This document shows, piece after piece, positions 55,467 to 64,000 of a stretch of 64,000 nucleotides of DNA (position 1 is its first letter; the number at the start of each line of letters is the position of its first letter). The stretch is taken from positions 1,968 through 65,967 of the forward strand of contig CAZKRK010000002.1 of NCBI GenBank assembly GCA_964555035.1, in the 5' to 3' direction. Source of the stretch: an uncultured Victivallales bacterium. GTDB lineage: Bacteria > Verrucomicrobiota > Kiritimatiellia > UBA8416 > CAYOBW01. Under the pieces are notes generated by a model. The model did not search any database, was not told the origin of the DNA, and saw only the letters and a list, made by a program, of their open reading frames with translations. The position numbers and the translations under genes are program-made.

Positions 55467-55810
55467 GTTCTACCTCCATGCTTCTTTCCGGTAGTGTCAA
55501 GACTGACAGTACGTTTTCTTGCCCACCACTTGTTCTCGTAACGGGTTGGCAATCTGCCTACCTTCTCCCCCGTTTTCCTGCCATTTCGGTGGACGGGAAC
55601 GGCGACGATAACGGTGGACGATTGGGACGATTTCTACTCGTCATCCGTTCTCGTCGCCGTTCTCGTCCACCGATTCCCCGTCTTCATTCCCTCATACGAC
55701 CCCTGGCAGTTCCACGACGTGGATCATTCAAGTTGCGCGTCATATCCGCAACATGCCGTGCTTTTGCTGAGGGCTGAACTGATAGGGTTCTCTGACGGGT
55801 GACACCACCC
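55467..55810 (-). promoter_or_regulatory. Noncoding gap of about 340 nt upstream of the giant gene 50250-55466. Candidate promoter / 5' leader region.
   Basis: This is the only sizeable noncoding stretch inside the giant-gene run other than 31933-32137. No credible ORF, and no sigma-70-like motif identified with confidence. Confidence 0.2.
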
Positions 55811-56191
55811 TTACCGGTGTTCAACGGTAATGTGCACCCCGATGGAGGCCAGGTCATCCGCTGGATTGTGGCTGTCCCACGGAGTGCCACAAGGCAGGGC
55901 AAAGGTCAACGGCATCTCGAAGGGGGGTCCGAACTCGACCGTGCCGATTAGCGACGGTATGCCACCTGGCGGTGATTGGCGACGCAGCGACACCATGATC
56001 CGAGTGAGGCTCTCTACATCGGCCCCGTCACGAGATACGATCTCCCCTGCAACGACGTGATCGGCGGACGCTCCGCCTTGGATCGCAAGGGACGCCACCC
56101 TCACGGCAGCGCCGCCCCGCGGACCATGCCCGCACGACTCCTCCGTCCCATCGAGCTCGTGCACTACCGGTATGTCAGAACTCGTCTGCAT
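55811..56191 (-). CDS. Small hypothetical protein (126 aa), possibly translationally coupled to the upstream gene
   Basis: The ATG lies 1 nt after the TGA of 56193..58268 (TGA-A-ATG). No signal peptide and no recognisable domain. It could instead be a chance ORF in high-GC sequence. Confidence 0.3.
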   Translation of the reverse strand: MQTSSDIPVVHELDGTEESCGHGPRGGAAVRVASLAIQGGASADHVVAGEIVSRDGADVESLTRIMVSLRRQSPPGGIPSLIGTVEFGPPFEMPLTFALPCGTPWDSHNPADDLASIGVHITVEHR

Positions 56192-56192
56192 C

Positions 56193-58211
56193 TCATCTCA
56201 CCATCAGGACCATGCCCTCGGGCTTGGGCGGAACGTCGCCGGTCGTGGAGACCTCGAAGACAACATTCCCGAACCGGAACCTGCCGCCCGGCATCGAATC
56301 CACGACCAGCACGTCGGGTTTGGTGCTGAAGGTCACCGCGTCGGAGCCCGAGACCGTTTCGCCGCCGATCACCGCCGTCGTGAAGGGCCCGCCCGCGCCG
56401 CCCCAATTGAGCACGCTGCCCCGCACGAATCCGCGGAAGCTCCCCGTCCCGCTGGGGCCGCCGTTCAGCGAATACGTGACTTCACCTGGCGTGAACGTCA
56501 GGCGCTCGCCGTTCTTGTAGTCGATCCGTAAGGCATCGCCGGGGCCCATGATCCAATGGGCCGTGCTGACAGGAACATCCACCACGACGTTGGCACGGAT
56601 GTCGCAGTTCCCCCCGTCCTCGCGCTCTCCCGTCATCGTCATGTCCCAGGTCATGCTGTCGTTGGCGAAGCCGACGTCGTCGAGCGTGGCATTGGTAAGT
56701 ATGAACGTCCAGGTCACGGAGGAAGTGGGCGCCGACGCGGTCGGCAGTTTGACACCCGAAATCGCCACCGTACCGTTGTCTGCCACCGTCGAGAACTCGC
56801 CCCAGGGCTCGTCGCTGGTCTCCGCCTGAAACTCGGTAATCGTGATGTAGTCCGCGTATCTCGCTCCCGTGGGCGGATCGTCCTGCTGGTAGTTCATCAA
56901 CGCGCCGTCGGCCGCGTAGCCAAAGACGGCGGCGTGGTAGGTCGTGTTCGTGGTAAGGCCGGTAACTTCGACGCTTGCGCCGGTGCCGGAAAAGACGACG
57001 TAGGCGTCCCCGAGCTCTGTGCCGAGACTGCCGTATCTCGCATTCGTCGCGTAGGTCGTGTCGTCCTCCGGCACCCCTGTCGGCGCGGGCCCCTGCCGCA
57101 CGAGCACCAGGCTCCCGTCGCAACCCGCGTTCGTCGTCCAGGAAACCGTCATCGAGGTGTCCGTGAGCGAGGTAAGCGCAACACCCGAGGCCTGTATGGG
57201 CTCTGTCAGGAAGCTGCTCTCGTTGGTCGACCAGACGACGCCTTCCGCCGCGTTGCTGGCCCAGCCGAGGAAGTTGTACACCGTTCCGACGACAAGGCCG
57301 GTTACCGTGCCTGAGTACACCTTGGGCGGCGGAATGGTCGGCGAGTCCACGATGACATGCATGTTCGTCGTCACGTCACCCGGCAGGTGCCAGCCGATGC
57401 CGTAGTTCGTGATGCCCGCTCCCGACTGGATCGTGGCGCCCAGCGTCGCTGAGGCGGTCGAGATGTCCGCCGCGGTCAGCGTGTCGACGACGATGTCCGT
57501 GATAGGCGCATTCGTGCTGACCTGGAAATCGATGTCATAGAGGCGACATCTCTGATTCCGCGTGCCCACCTGCCCGCTAAGCCATTCCGCCCGGAGGGCT
57601 TTGGCGCCATGCAGGTCCACATCGCCCGTCCCGGCAGCCGTGGACGTGGTCAGCCCACCATCCAGGGTCCACGCGGAACCACCGGTCTTGTGCCGGTGCG
57701 TCATCGCCGTGGTGAACCCCACAAAAGACCCGGTGTTCGTCACGCCGCCGTCAATCGTGTAGGTCACCGGCCCGGCTATGAACTCCAGGACTTCCCCCGC
57801 GTTGATCAGGTTGTCCCCGGTATCGCCGGCGGACTTTACACCGAACTGGCCGTCGGGTCCCGCCGTATGGACGACCGGGCTCGACAATCCCCCTGCCTGG
57901 CCGAAGGGAGCCAACGACGCGGCAAGCGTGATGGTCCACGTCATGGTATCGTCGTCGTCCCCCACGGTGCCGCCGAGGTTCGCGTTGGTCAGGCTGAACG
58001 TGTAGACGACAACCGGGTCGGTGTCCAGAGCGCCCGCCGTCACCTGGTTCGTCAGCGTGCCCACGTTGTCACTCGTGGCGTAAGCCCCGTCATTCCCCGA
58101 GTCCCAGTCGGAGACCGTGACGGTCGCCGCGCCGGCCTGCAGTGCGAGTGCGAATAGCCCGACCGTCAGGCCGACGCCAAGTCTAAGTCCAAATGTATGC
58201 ATCCGATTCAT
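56193..58211 (-). CDS. Secreted protein (about 672 aa) with two copies of the novel ~170-aa module flanking an fn3-like domain. The C-terminus ends ...PPKPEGMVLMVR.
   Basis: Track ORF 56193..58268. The probable start is MNRMHTFGLRLGVGLTVGLFALALQAGA (signal peptide) at 58211. Module example: SVTWTFILTNATLDDVGFANDSMTWDMTMT...ERLTFTPGEVTYSLNGGPSGTGSFRGF. fn3-like block: SMTVSWTTNAGCDGSLVLVRQGPAPTGVPEDDTTYA...TTYHAAVFGYA. Confidence 0.65.
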   Translation of the reverse strand: MNRMHTFGLRLGVGLTVGLFALALQAGAATVTVSDWDSGNDGAYATSDNVGTLTNQVTAGALDTDPVVVYTFSLTNANLGGTVGDDDDTMTWTITLAASLAPFGQAGGLSSPVVHTAGPDGQFGVKSAGDTGDNLINAGEVLEFIAGPVTYTIDGGVTNTGSFVGFTTAMTHRHKTGGSAWTLDGGLTTSTAAGTGDVDLHGAKALRAEWLSGQVGTRNQRCRLYDIDFQVSTNAPITDIVVDTLTAADISTASATLGATIQSGAGITNYGIGWHLPGDVTTNMHVIVDSPTIPPPKVYSGTVTGLVVGTVYNFLGWASNAAEGVVWSTNESSFLTEPIQASGVALTSLTDTSMTVSWTTNAGCDGSLVLVRQGPAPTGVPEDDTTYATNARYGSLGTELGDAYVVFSGTGASVEVTGLTTNTTYHAAVFGYAADGALMNYQQDDPPTGARYADYITITEFQAETSDEPWGEFSTVADNGTVAISGVKLPTASAPTSSVTWTFILTNATLDDVGFANDSMTWDMTMTGEREDGGNCDIRANVVVDVPVSTAHWIMGPGDALRIDYKNGERLTFTPGEVTYSLNGGPSGTGSFRGFVRGSVLNWGGAGGPFTTAVIGGETVSGSDAVTFSTKPDVLVVDSMPGGRFRFGNVVFEVSTTGDVPPKPEGMVLMVR

Positions 58212-58433
58212 CGTCCGTCCCCCAGTTTCTTCCGCAGCCAATCCCGTTCGCCGTAACACAGTTGACACCTTTTTCCTCGTTGCAGGCCGGTACCCCTTTG
58301 CGCGGATAGCCTCTATTTAAGGCGAAACACGCTACCGTCCTTGTGCGTAGTCGTAACCACCGTCAGATTGTTCAGATCGGTCAGAAACATACCGATGATG
58401 CAATGCTTGCTAAACATGCCATCCCCTCCAAGG

Positions 58434-61400
58434 CTATTTAACAATGAACAGCGTCGGTGCGGCGAAGCGCTTCACCTCGACCTTAGTCGTCGTGTACCGT
58501 GGCTCATACCGACCCGTGGCGCTTCCGTTCTCCGTGAGGTCGCTGAATGTGCCGCTGATCGTGCCGCCGGACTCTATGACCGTGACCCACTCCCCGTACG
58601 GCAACTCGCTGATTTCGTTCAGGTCCAGCACCGCACTCGCGCCAATCGTGACGTCATTGGTCACATTCAGCAAGTCCCAGGAAGAACTGCCGGTCCAATC
58701 CAGATCGACACTCAGCGTGCCCGCGAGCACGACAGCAATGCTGTTGCTCACGTTCAGCGTGGCAACCGTGCCCGTGTCCCCGACCGCCAAAGTGGCGCCA
58801 TTCGTAACCGTCAGGCTCGCGTAGTTTGTAACCGAACCGTATCCGGTGCCGTTGCCGGAGAGATACAGCATGCCGTTGGGCACGTCGACGTAGATCGTGC
58901 CGTCCGTGGGTGCCGACCATGGACAACTGTGAAGAGCGGGATCGCCGTTCGCCACGTCAACACGGCTTGTGAGCGCGCCCGAGACAGTCAACGTATCAGC
59001 ATAAACGGCAACTCGACCGCCACCACCGGATCCGCCATCCCGTGAGGCCGTGGTGCTATCGCCCCCCGCGCCGCCCCGCGTGCCCACCAGAGCCGAAGCG
59101 CCAAGATTCACCGTGTCCGCGCTAAGCAGGATGCCGCCACCCGATCCGCCTCCGCCACCGCGCCTCGTGTTGCAGTAATGTCCGGACCCGCCATCGGCAA
59201 GCAGTGATGCATCGAGGGTTATCGTGCCGACCGCTGTCAATTCAATGGTTCCGCCACCGCCGGCGCCTGCGCCATCATTGGCATTGTCGTTGCCGGCGTC
59301 GTATTTCCCGGTGCCACCGCCCGATCCGCCCAAAAGATCAGTGAGCTCCATGTCGCCGTACGTGTAGGTCGCCGATTCCGCGCCGCCTACGCCGCCGTAA
59401 CTGCCACCGTCACCCGGCTCATGGTTGGTTTCCTGCCCTTTTCCGCCACCGTAGCCCTCGCCGTCATCCACCGACACATCGCCGCCATCGCCGGCGGTGG
59501 AAATTGGCGGGGCGCTGCCCAGCGACGATCCCCGCACGCCACCTTCCGCGCCCGGACCACCTTCTCCGGGTTCGTTCGCGGGCCAAACCGAGACAGTCGC
59601 ATCTGTCCCGGACACGTCTATGTCAGACGCAATGCTGATGTCGCCGGTCGACCCGATCACGAGCCCCAGGTTACCGGTGACCGTGATGGTCACTCCCGCG
59701 CCAATATTGACATCGTCGAAGTTGTACAATGCCAGCATGACATCACCACTCTCGTTGAGCACATCAACGCCCACGCCCATCGGTATCCCGTTTGTGGCGA
59801 CCATCGCATTGCCACCGCTACCGGTATCGAAAGTAATGCTGGTTATGCCTGCGCCCAGACTCCCGAGGGTGGCGTAGGCGGTCGGATCGAAAATCGATCC
59901 ACTGGGCCCACCCGTCGTGGTCTCGTTCGCTGCCTGCGCTGCGTCCTGCTGATAGTTGGTCAGCCCGCCGCCAGTCGCATAGGCGTACACCGCCACGTGG
60001 TATGTCCCGCCAGGATTAAGCCCCGTGACGCCCACCGGGCTGCCGCCGGATGCGCCGGCATAAACGACATAGCCGTTGCCTAGCGAATCGCCAAATCCAT
60101 ACACTGAATTCCCAGTGTAAGTGGTCCCGTCCACCGGTCCAAAGGAAGGTGCCGACCCTGCCCGCATGATGACCACAGCCCCGTCGGCAGTCGCATCATC
60201 CGTCCAGGCTACGGTAATCTCGTTGTGCCCGACCACCGTCAGCGCAAGCCCCGAAGCCTGTATGGGCTCGGTTAGAACTGCGCCTTCAGACGCGCTCCAG
60301 TTCGTTGTACCGTCGTAGGCAAACCCACGGAAGTTATAGAGCGTGCCCTCCGTCAACCCGGTGCGCTCATGCATGAACGCCCTGCTGGCACCCGCGGTCA
60401 GGTTGCTCACGATAGCCAGCGAATTCGTCGAACCGGTCGTGTAGTAGCCCGTACCGTACTTGCTGACGGCCAGCGCGCCCGCCGCGGCTGTCGCGCCAAT
60501 GTTGGCAGTGGTGCTCTCCACCGCCCCGGTAGTCAGGCTGTATACCGTCGTGGGCGGCACGTTCGTATCGCGAACCTGGAATGCCGAGAGCGGGCTCTGG
60601 AGGCTCATGTCGAAGGCCACGCGCGCATTCGTGCCTAGGGCCGTGAATTCGCCCACGATCGCGTACGCCGGTACGTTCGAAACGGCCACGCTGTTGCCCG
60701 ACCCCAGATGCGCGATCGTAGAAGTGGGGTACGAACTCTCAGCGTGGAAGAGCTGCACGCGGTATACTTCACCCGAGGTCAACCCCGTCAGCCTCAGCGT
60801 CGGGTCCGTACGGCCGGTGCCACTGTACATGCCCGTGTCGAGCAGTTCATCCATGGCGCTGCTGACCGGGGGCTCTATAGCCTCGTCATACAAACCGTTG
60901 GCGCCATAATAGTCAGGCGATCTCCACACCGGATCGCCCGTCGTATCTTCCGTGAAGATGACGCCGTTCACCGCGAAGTCGCCCGAGGCCCCGTCCGACA
61001 GATTGCGCGCACCCTGAGAGGTCAGCGTCCCCGACAAGTTATCCAGCACAATGCTCTCGCCGTTCGTCGCGTGCTGCTCGGCCGACCATGTGATGCCACC
61101 CGGCGTGAGCTGACTGCCCGTGCCGGCGGTTTCCTGGTAGTTGGTCATGCCCACGCCGACCACGTAGCTGTAGACCGCCGCGTGATAGGTCACGCCGTCC
61201 GCAAGTGCCGTCACGGCCACGTTCGTCGCCGTGCCACAGTAGACCACCTGCTGCCCGCCGATGCTGTCGCCGGTCATGGCATCATCGTATGCCGTCACGG
61301 CATCTGTGTAGTCCGCGTTATCCGTCGGAACCCCGGTGACCGCGGCATTCTGCCTCAGAAGGACCAGGCTGCCGTCCGTGCCGGCATTCGTCGTCCAGGA

Positions 61401-64000
61401 GATCGTCATCGATTCATGCGTGATCGACGAAAACGACACGCCGCTGGCCGGGGCCGGTTCCGTCAGGAAACTTCCTTCCTCCGTCGAGTACCGGATGCCG
61501 TACGTGGCATTGCTCGCCCAACCGCGGAAGTTGTACAGCGTGCCTCCGTTCAAGGAACTCACGGCACCCGTGTAGACCAGCGATGGCGCGGCCGGCCCAG
61601 TTCCAATGGTCACGTCGGTCGTCGCCCCGGAGGGCTCGTAGTAGGCCACACCGTAGCTGTCGATCGGGTATCCCGAGGCGACGGTTGCCCCCAGTACGGC
61701 GGTGTCGGAATCAACAGAGACCACATACGGATCAACCGTTTCGCCAGGCCCATCCGCAGGTGGCACGGTGCTGAGCGTAAAATCGATATCCTGGATCCGA
61801 AGTCGGTGGTAATTATGGTTACTAGTGTCCTGAATCGACCACTCCATCTCCAGAATGGACGTGCCAGTCAGGTCCCTGGTGCCGCTCGTCCATGTATTGG
61901 AGGTGATCCCGCCATCGTACGTCCAGTACTTTGAACTGTTGTTCTGAGCGAAGAGATACGCTTGATCGAATCCGACGAACGATCCGAAATTCGTCGCTCC
62001 GCCATTAAGCGTATAGGTCACCGTCCCGGGGGTGATAAACAGCGTCTCGGCGTTTCTTATCAGCCGGTCGTTTCCGTCAGAGTCCGACCTGACGCCAAAG
62101 TAGTCATGCTCAGAACCTACTGGGCCGGCCGCGGAAGCGACGGCATTTCCCGTGAGCGACGCAGCCCTCACGGTCATGGTCATCGTCACCGTATCGTTGG
62201 AAACGGCATCGCCCTCAAGATCCGCGTCCGGAATAGTGAAGGTGTAGACAACCGTGTCGTTGGTGTCCAGCGCGCCCGACGTCAACGAGGTAGCCAGCGT
62301 ACCGATACTGGAGACCGCGTTCGAGGGAACGCCATCGAACTCGGTAATGGTTACAGTCGTTTCAAGCACACCGATTCCCTGAACGTTCACGTTCGTCGGG
62401 TCGTCGTCCGGATCGTCCGAGTTGATCACCAGAGTGCTGGAATGCGTGAGGCCCGTGACGCCGCCCGGCGCATACTCGATAGTGAAGCTGGTGGTCCCTC
62501 CCGCCGGGACTTCGATATTCGGCGGCGGCGCGGAGACAACCGAGAAGTTGGCCGCATCGTCTCCCGAGAACACGATGTTCGTGAGATACAACGACAAGAC
62601 GCCCGGGTTCGCGTTGCTCACGACCACGCTGAACGTTCCGGTTGAGTTCTCGCCGACATCGCCGAAGTCCACTGGCGTCGTCAGGACCACGATATCCGGC
62701 GTCCCAGGATTCACGCCCTCGCCCTGAACCGTGATGTTGGTCGGGCTGTTCGCGCTATCCGTAGAGAGAATGCTCATCAGCGCCGAGTCGGCGCCCAAGG
62801 TTGAGCCGGGAGCGAACTCGACGGTGATATCCGCCGTTGCTCCGGCAACCACCAGCAATGGAGCTACCGTCGCAGGTTCGTAGAACTTGACGTTATCGAA
62901 CGTAATATTCGTAACGATCACGTTGCCAGGCCCCGAGTTGGTTACCGTCACGATACCGGTATCGGTCGTGTTGGTGGCAACCTGACCAATGTCCATCGTG
63001 GCGCCGTTGACAATAGCGATGCTCGGCGTGCCCGGATCGAGTGTAATCTGTGTGGCTCCATAAGTGAGCGTGTAGCCGGCCGGCATGTCGTTCGTCGCCG
63101 CGAATTCGCCTGTCAGTTGGCCGGAGGCGTACTGCGCAATCACATGCGTATCGACATCCGGCGTCGTGATGGCATCGAAGTCGATCGTGGCGGCACTGAT
63201 GTCCAGCGCGCCTGTCACGGTCAGTGTGTCCTCAGATCCTGTTCCGGTGCCGTCCACGTCCACAAAGAGCGTACCCGCGATCGTAACGGTCGCCGCGTTG
63301 CTAACGGTCAGCGTAGCAATCGCGCCCGCGCCGCCAATCTCCAGGCTCTGGTTGCTGGCTACGCCCAGGCTGGTGTAGTTGCCGTACGCATTCGACGCAG
63401 TGCCTGCGCCACTCATCGAAAAGGCGCCGCCCAGCACATCGCTAAGCACGCTGCCGTCCGCGCCTTGGGAAATGGAGGAGTTATACCCCGGATCTCCTAC
63501 CCCGCCGCCGGCGCTTGTGGTACCGGTGACAATCGCCGCACCGCGAAGCACGATACGGCCGCCACCGCCGCCGCCGGATCGATTGAGTGTGGTGTCGCCG
63601 CCCTGCGCGCTGGCAGTCGCCCCGCTCATCGTCAAGGTCCCGGCCCCATTCAAGTCCGAATCCGCCAACAAGCGAATAGCGCCACCCGATCCTGCACCAC
63701 CCGAGCGAGCAGTGGCTCCCGAGTTCGCGGCTCCACCATCACTGGAAATCGTCACACCATTGTCCACGGTGATGTTGTTGAGCGCGATAAGCTGGATAGC
63801 GCCACCACCGCCTGCACCGGTGCCCCGCTCGCCGCCGCCGCCGCCGCTGCCCGCGACCGGACCGCTAGCCGTGCCCAGTTCGCCGAGGTCAAGACGTCCA
63901 TACGCGTCGCCACCCGCATGCGCGAAATTGTTGCTGGAATTGAACACTCCATCACCACCATCGCCGCCGAAAGCGCCGCCGCCGCCGCCGCGATAGTCAT
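58434..64000 (-). CDS. Giant secreted protein, 5'-partial (more than 1855 aa; the N-terminus lies beyond the window end). Layout: Gly-rich / autotransporter-associated beta-strand region + ASH domains + novel module + fn3-like x2 + 'ITW' domain. The C-terminus ends ...APTLFIVK.
   Basis: The track shows an M at 63947, but that codon is GTG and the frame stays open to 64000 (...DYRGGGGGAFGGDGGDGVFNSSNNFAHAGG...), so the protein continues upstream. ASH example: PDIVVLTTPVDFGDVGENSTGTFSVVVSNANPGVLSLYLTNIVFSGDDAANFSV. fn3-like blocks: ESMTISWTTNAGTDGSLVLLRQNAAVTGVP and EITVAWTDDATADGAVVIMRAGSAPSFGP. Confidence 0.7.
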   Translation of the reverse strand, partial: DYRGGGGGAFGGDGGDGVFNSSNNFAHAGGDAYGRLDLGELGTASGPVAGSGGGGGERGTGAGGGGAIQLIALNNITVDNGVTISSDGGAANSGATARSGGAGSGGAIRLLADSDLNGAGTLTMSGATASAQGGDTTLNRSGGGGGGRIVLRGAAIVTGTTSAGGGVGDPGYNSSISQGADGSVLSDVLGGAFSMSGAGTASNAYGNYTSLGVASNQSLEIGGAGAIATLTVSNAATVTIAGTLFVDVDGTGTGSEDTLTVTGALDISAATIDFDAITTPDVDTHVIAQYASGQLTGEFAATNDMPAGYTLTYGATQITLDPGTPSIAIVNGATMDIGQVATNTTDTGIVTVTNSGPGNVIVTNITFDNVKFYEPATVAPLLVVAGATADITVEFAPGSTLGADSALMSILSTDSANSPTNITVQGEGVNPGTPDIVVLTTPVDFGDVGENSTGTFSVVVSNANPGVLSLYLTNIVFSGDDAANFSVVSAPPPNIEVPAGGTTSFTIEYAPGGVTGLTHSSTLVINSDDPDDDPTNVNVQGIGVLETTVTITEFDGVPSNAVSSIGTLATSLTSGALDTNDTVVYTFTIPDADLEGDAVSNDTVTMTMTVRAASLTGNAVASAAGPVGSEHDYFGVRSDSDGNDRLIRNAETLFITPGTVTYTLNGGATNFGSFVGFDQAYLFAQNNSSKYWTYDGGITSNTWTSGTRDLTGTSILEMEWSIQDTSNHNYHRLRIQDIDFTLSTVPPADGPGETVDPYVVSVDSDTAVLGATVASGYPIDSYGVAYYEPSGATTDVTIGTGPAAPSLVYTGAVSSLNGGTLYNFRGWASNATYGIRYSTEEGSFLTEPAPASGVSFSSITHESMTISWTTNAGTDGSLVLLRQNAAVTGVPTDNADYTDAVTAYDDAMTGDSIGGQQVVYCGTATNVAVTALADGVTYHAAVYSYVVGVGMTNYQETAGTGSQLTPGGITWSAEQHATNGESIVLDNLSGTLTSQGARNLSDGASGDFAVNGVIFTEDTTGDPVWRSPDYYGANGLYDEAIEPPVSSAMDELLDTGMYSGTGRTDPTLRLTGLTSGEVYRVQLFHAESSYPTSTIAHLGSGNSVAVSNVPAYAIVGEFTALGTNARVAFDMSLQSPLSAFQVRDTNVPPTTVYSLTTGAVESTTANIGATAAAGALAVSKYGTGYYTTGSTNSLAIVSNLTAGASRAFMHERTGLTEGTLYNFRGFAYDGTTNWSASEGAVLTEPIQASGLALTVVGHNEITVAWTDDATADGAVVIMRAGSAPSFGPVDGTTYTGNSVYGFGDSLGNGYVVYAGASGGSPVGVTGLNPGGTYHVAVYAYATGGGLTNYQQDAAQAANETTTGGPSGSIFDPTAYATLGSLGAGITSITFDTGSGGNAMVATNGIPMGVGVDVLNESGDVMLALYNFDDVNIGAGVTITVTGNLGLVIGSTGDISIASDIDVSGTDATVSVWPANEPGEGGPGAEGGVRGSSLGSAPPISTAGDGGDVSVDDGEGYGGGKGQETNHEPGDGGSYGGVGGAESATYTYGDMELTDLLGGSGGGTGKYDAGNDNANDGAGAGGGGTIELTAVGTITLDASLLADGGSGHYCNTRRGGGGGSGGGILLSADTVNLGASALVGTRGGAGGDSTTASRDGGSGGGGRVAVYADTLTVSGALTSRVDVANGDPALHSCPWSAPTDGTIYVDVPNGMLYLSGNGTGYGSVTNYASLTVTNGATLAVGDTGTVATLNVSNSIAVVLAGTLSVDLDWTGSSSWDLLNVTNDVTIGASAVLDLNEISELPYGEWVTVIESGGTISGTFSDLTENGSATGRYEPRYTTTKVEVKRFAAPTLFIVK

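Noticed and set aside
60708-61934. 408-aa plus-strand ORF, and others at 58341-59045 and 61962-62645
   Set aside because: They are antisense to the partial giant gene 58434-64000.
63752-64000. 82-aa minus-strand ORF starting exactly at the window end
   Set aside because: It is in a different frame from the giant gene, which stays open to the window edge (Gly-rich ...DYRGGGGGAFGGDGGDGVFNSS...). It is an A-rich low-complexity chance ORF.
1-64000. CRISPR arrays, tRNA / rRNA genes, transposases, integrases, phage genes, toxin-antitoxin or restriction-modification modules
   Set aside because: None were found. No short regularly spaced repeats, no cloverleaf-like conserved tRNA segments and no transposase or integrase signatures appear in any frame. 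The DNA-level repeats present are protein-domain duplications inside genes, not mobile elements.

Overview
This window is a 64-kb, about 63% GC locus in which every credible gene lies on the minus strand (24 called, two partial at the window edges). The plus-strand ORFs in the track look like antisense shadows of these high-GC genes. The locus reads as a sulfated-glycan (fucoidan, sulfated galactan or mucin-like) utilisation cluster. It holds GH95 and GH29 alpha-L-fucosidases, a GH59 beta-galactosidase-like enzyme, two tandem Asp-box beta-propeller paralogs, and eight formylglycine-type (S1) sulfatase domains, each carrying the C-x-P-x-R / GKWHLG signatures. The most unusual part is a run of seven consecutive giant secreted proteins (1026 to 2234 aa, 21815-55466). 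Five of them contain an S1 sulfatase domain. The other two are a CotH-kinase protein with lamin-tail domains and a zinc-metalloprotease / beta-helix fusion. These proteins repeatedly combine choice-of-anchor-D (ASH-type) Ig-like domains, fn3-like domains, and an uncharacterised module of about 170 aa present in at least 11 copies. All seven end in a related C-terminal module: a thrombospondin-type-3 / dockerin-like calcium-binding motif followed by a small beta-sandwich ending Y-R-[VLI]-E-V. I read this as a candidate undescribed cell-surface sulfatase/CAZyme display, sorting or assembly system. Further observations: one of the sulfatase-giant genes is frameshifted at a T-homopolymer; near-identical DNA repeats (about 0.7 kb) sit at the 3' ends of neighbouring giant genes; a remnant of a third propeller paralog is present; four proteins end in a short hydrophobic-basic C-terminal tail (G-T-V-L-L-[IV]-R-COOH and relatives). 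No rRNA, tRNA, CRISPR array or mobile element was found. The domain set (Tat signal, SHD1 domain, autotransporter-associated beta-strand repeats, DUF642-like protein, no SusC/SusD) suggests a PVC-group bacterium (Verrucomicrobia, Kiritimatiellota, Lentisphaerae or Planctomycetes). Coordinates of internal start codons were derived from the ORF-track frame and amino-acid offsets and should be good to the codon. Positions read directly from the sequence lines may be off by about 1 nt.
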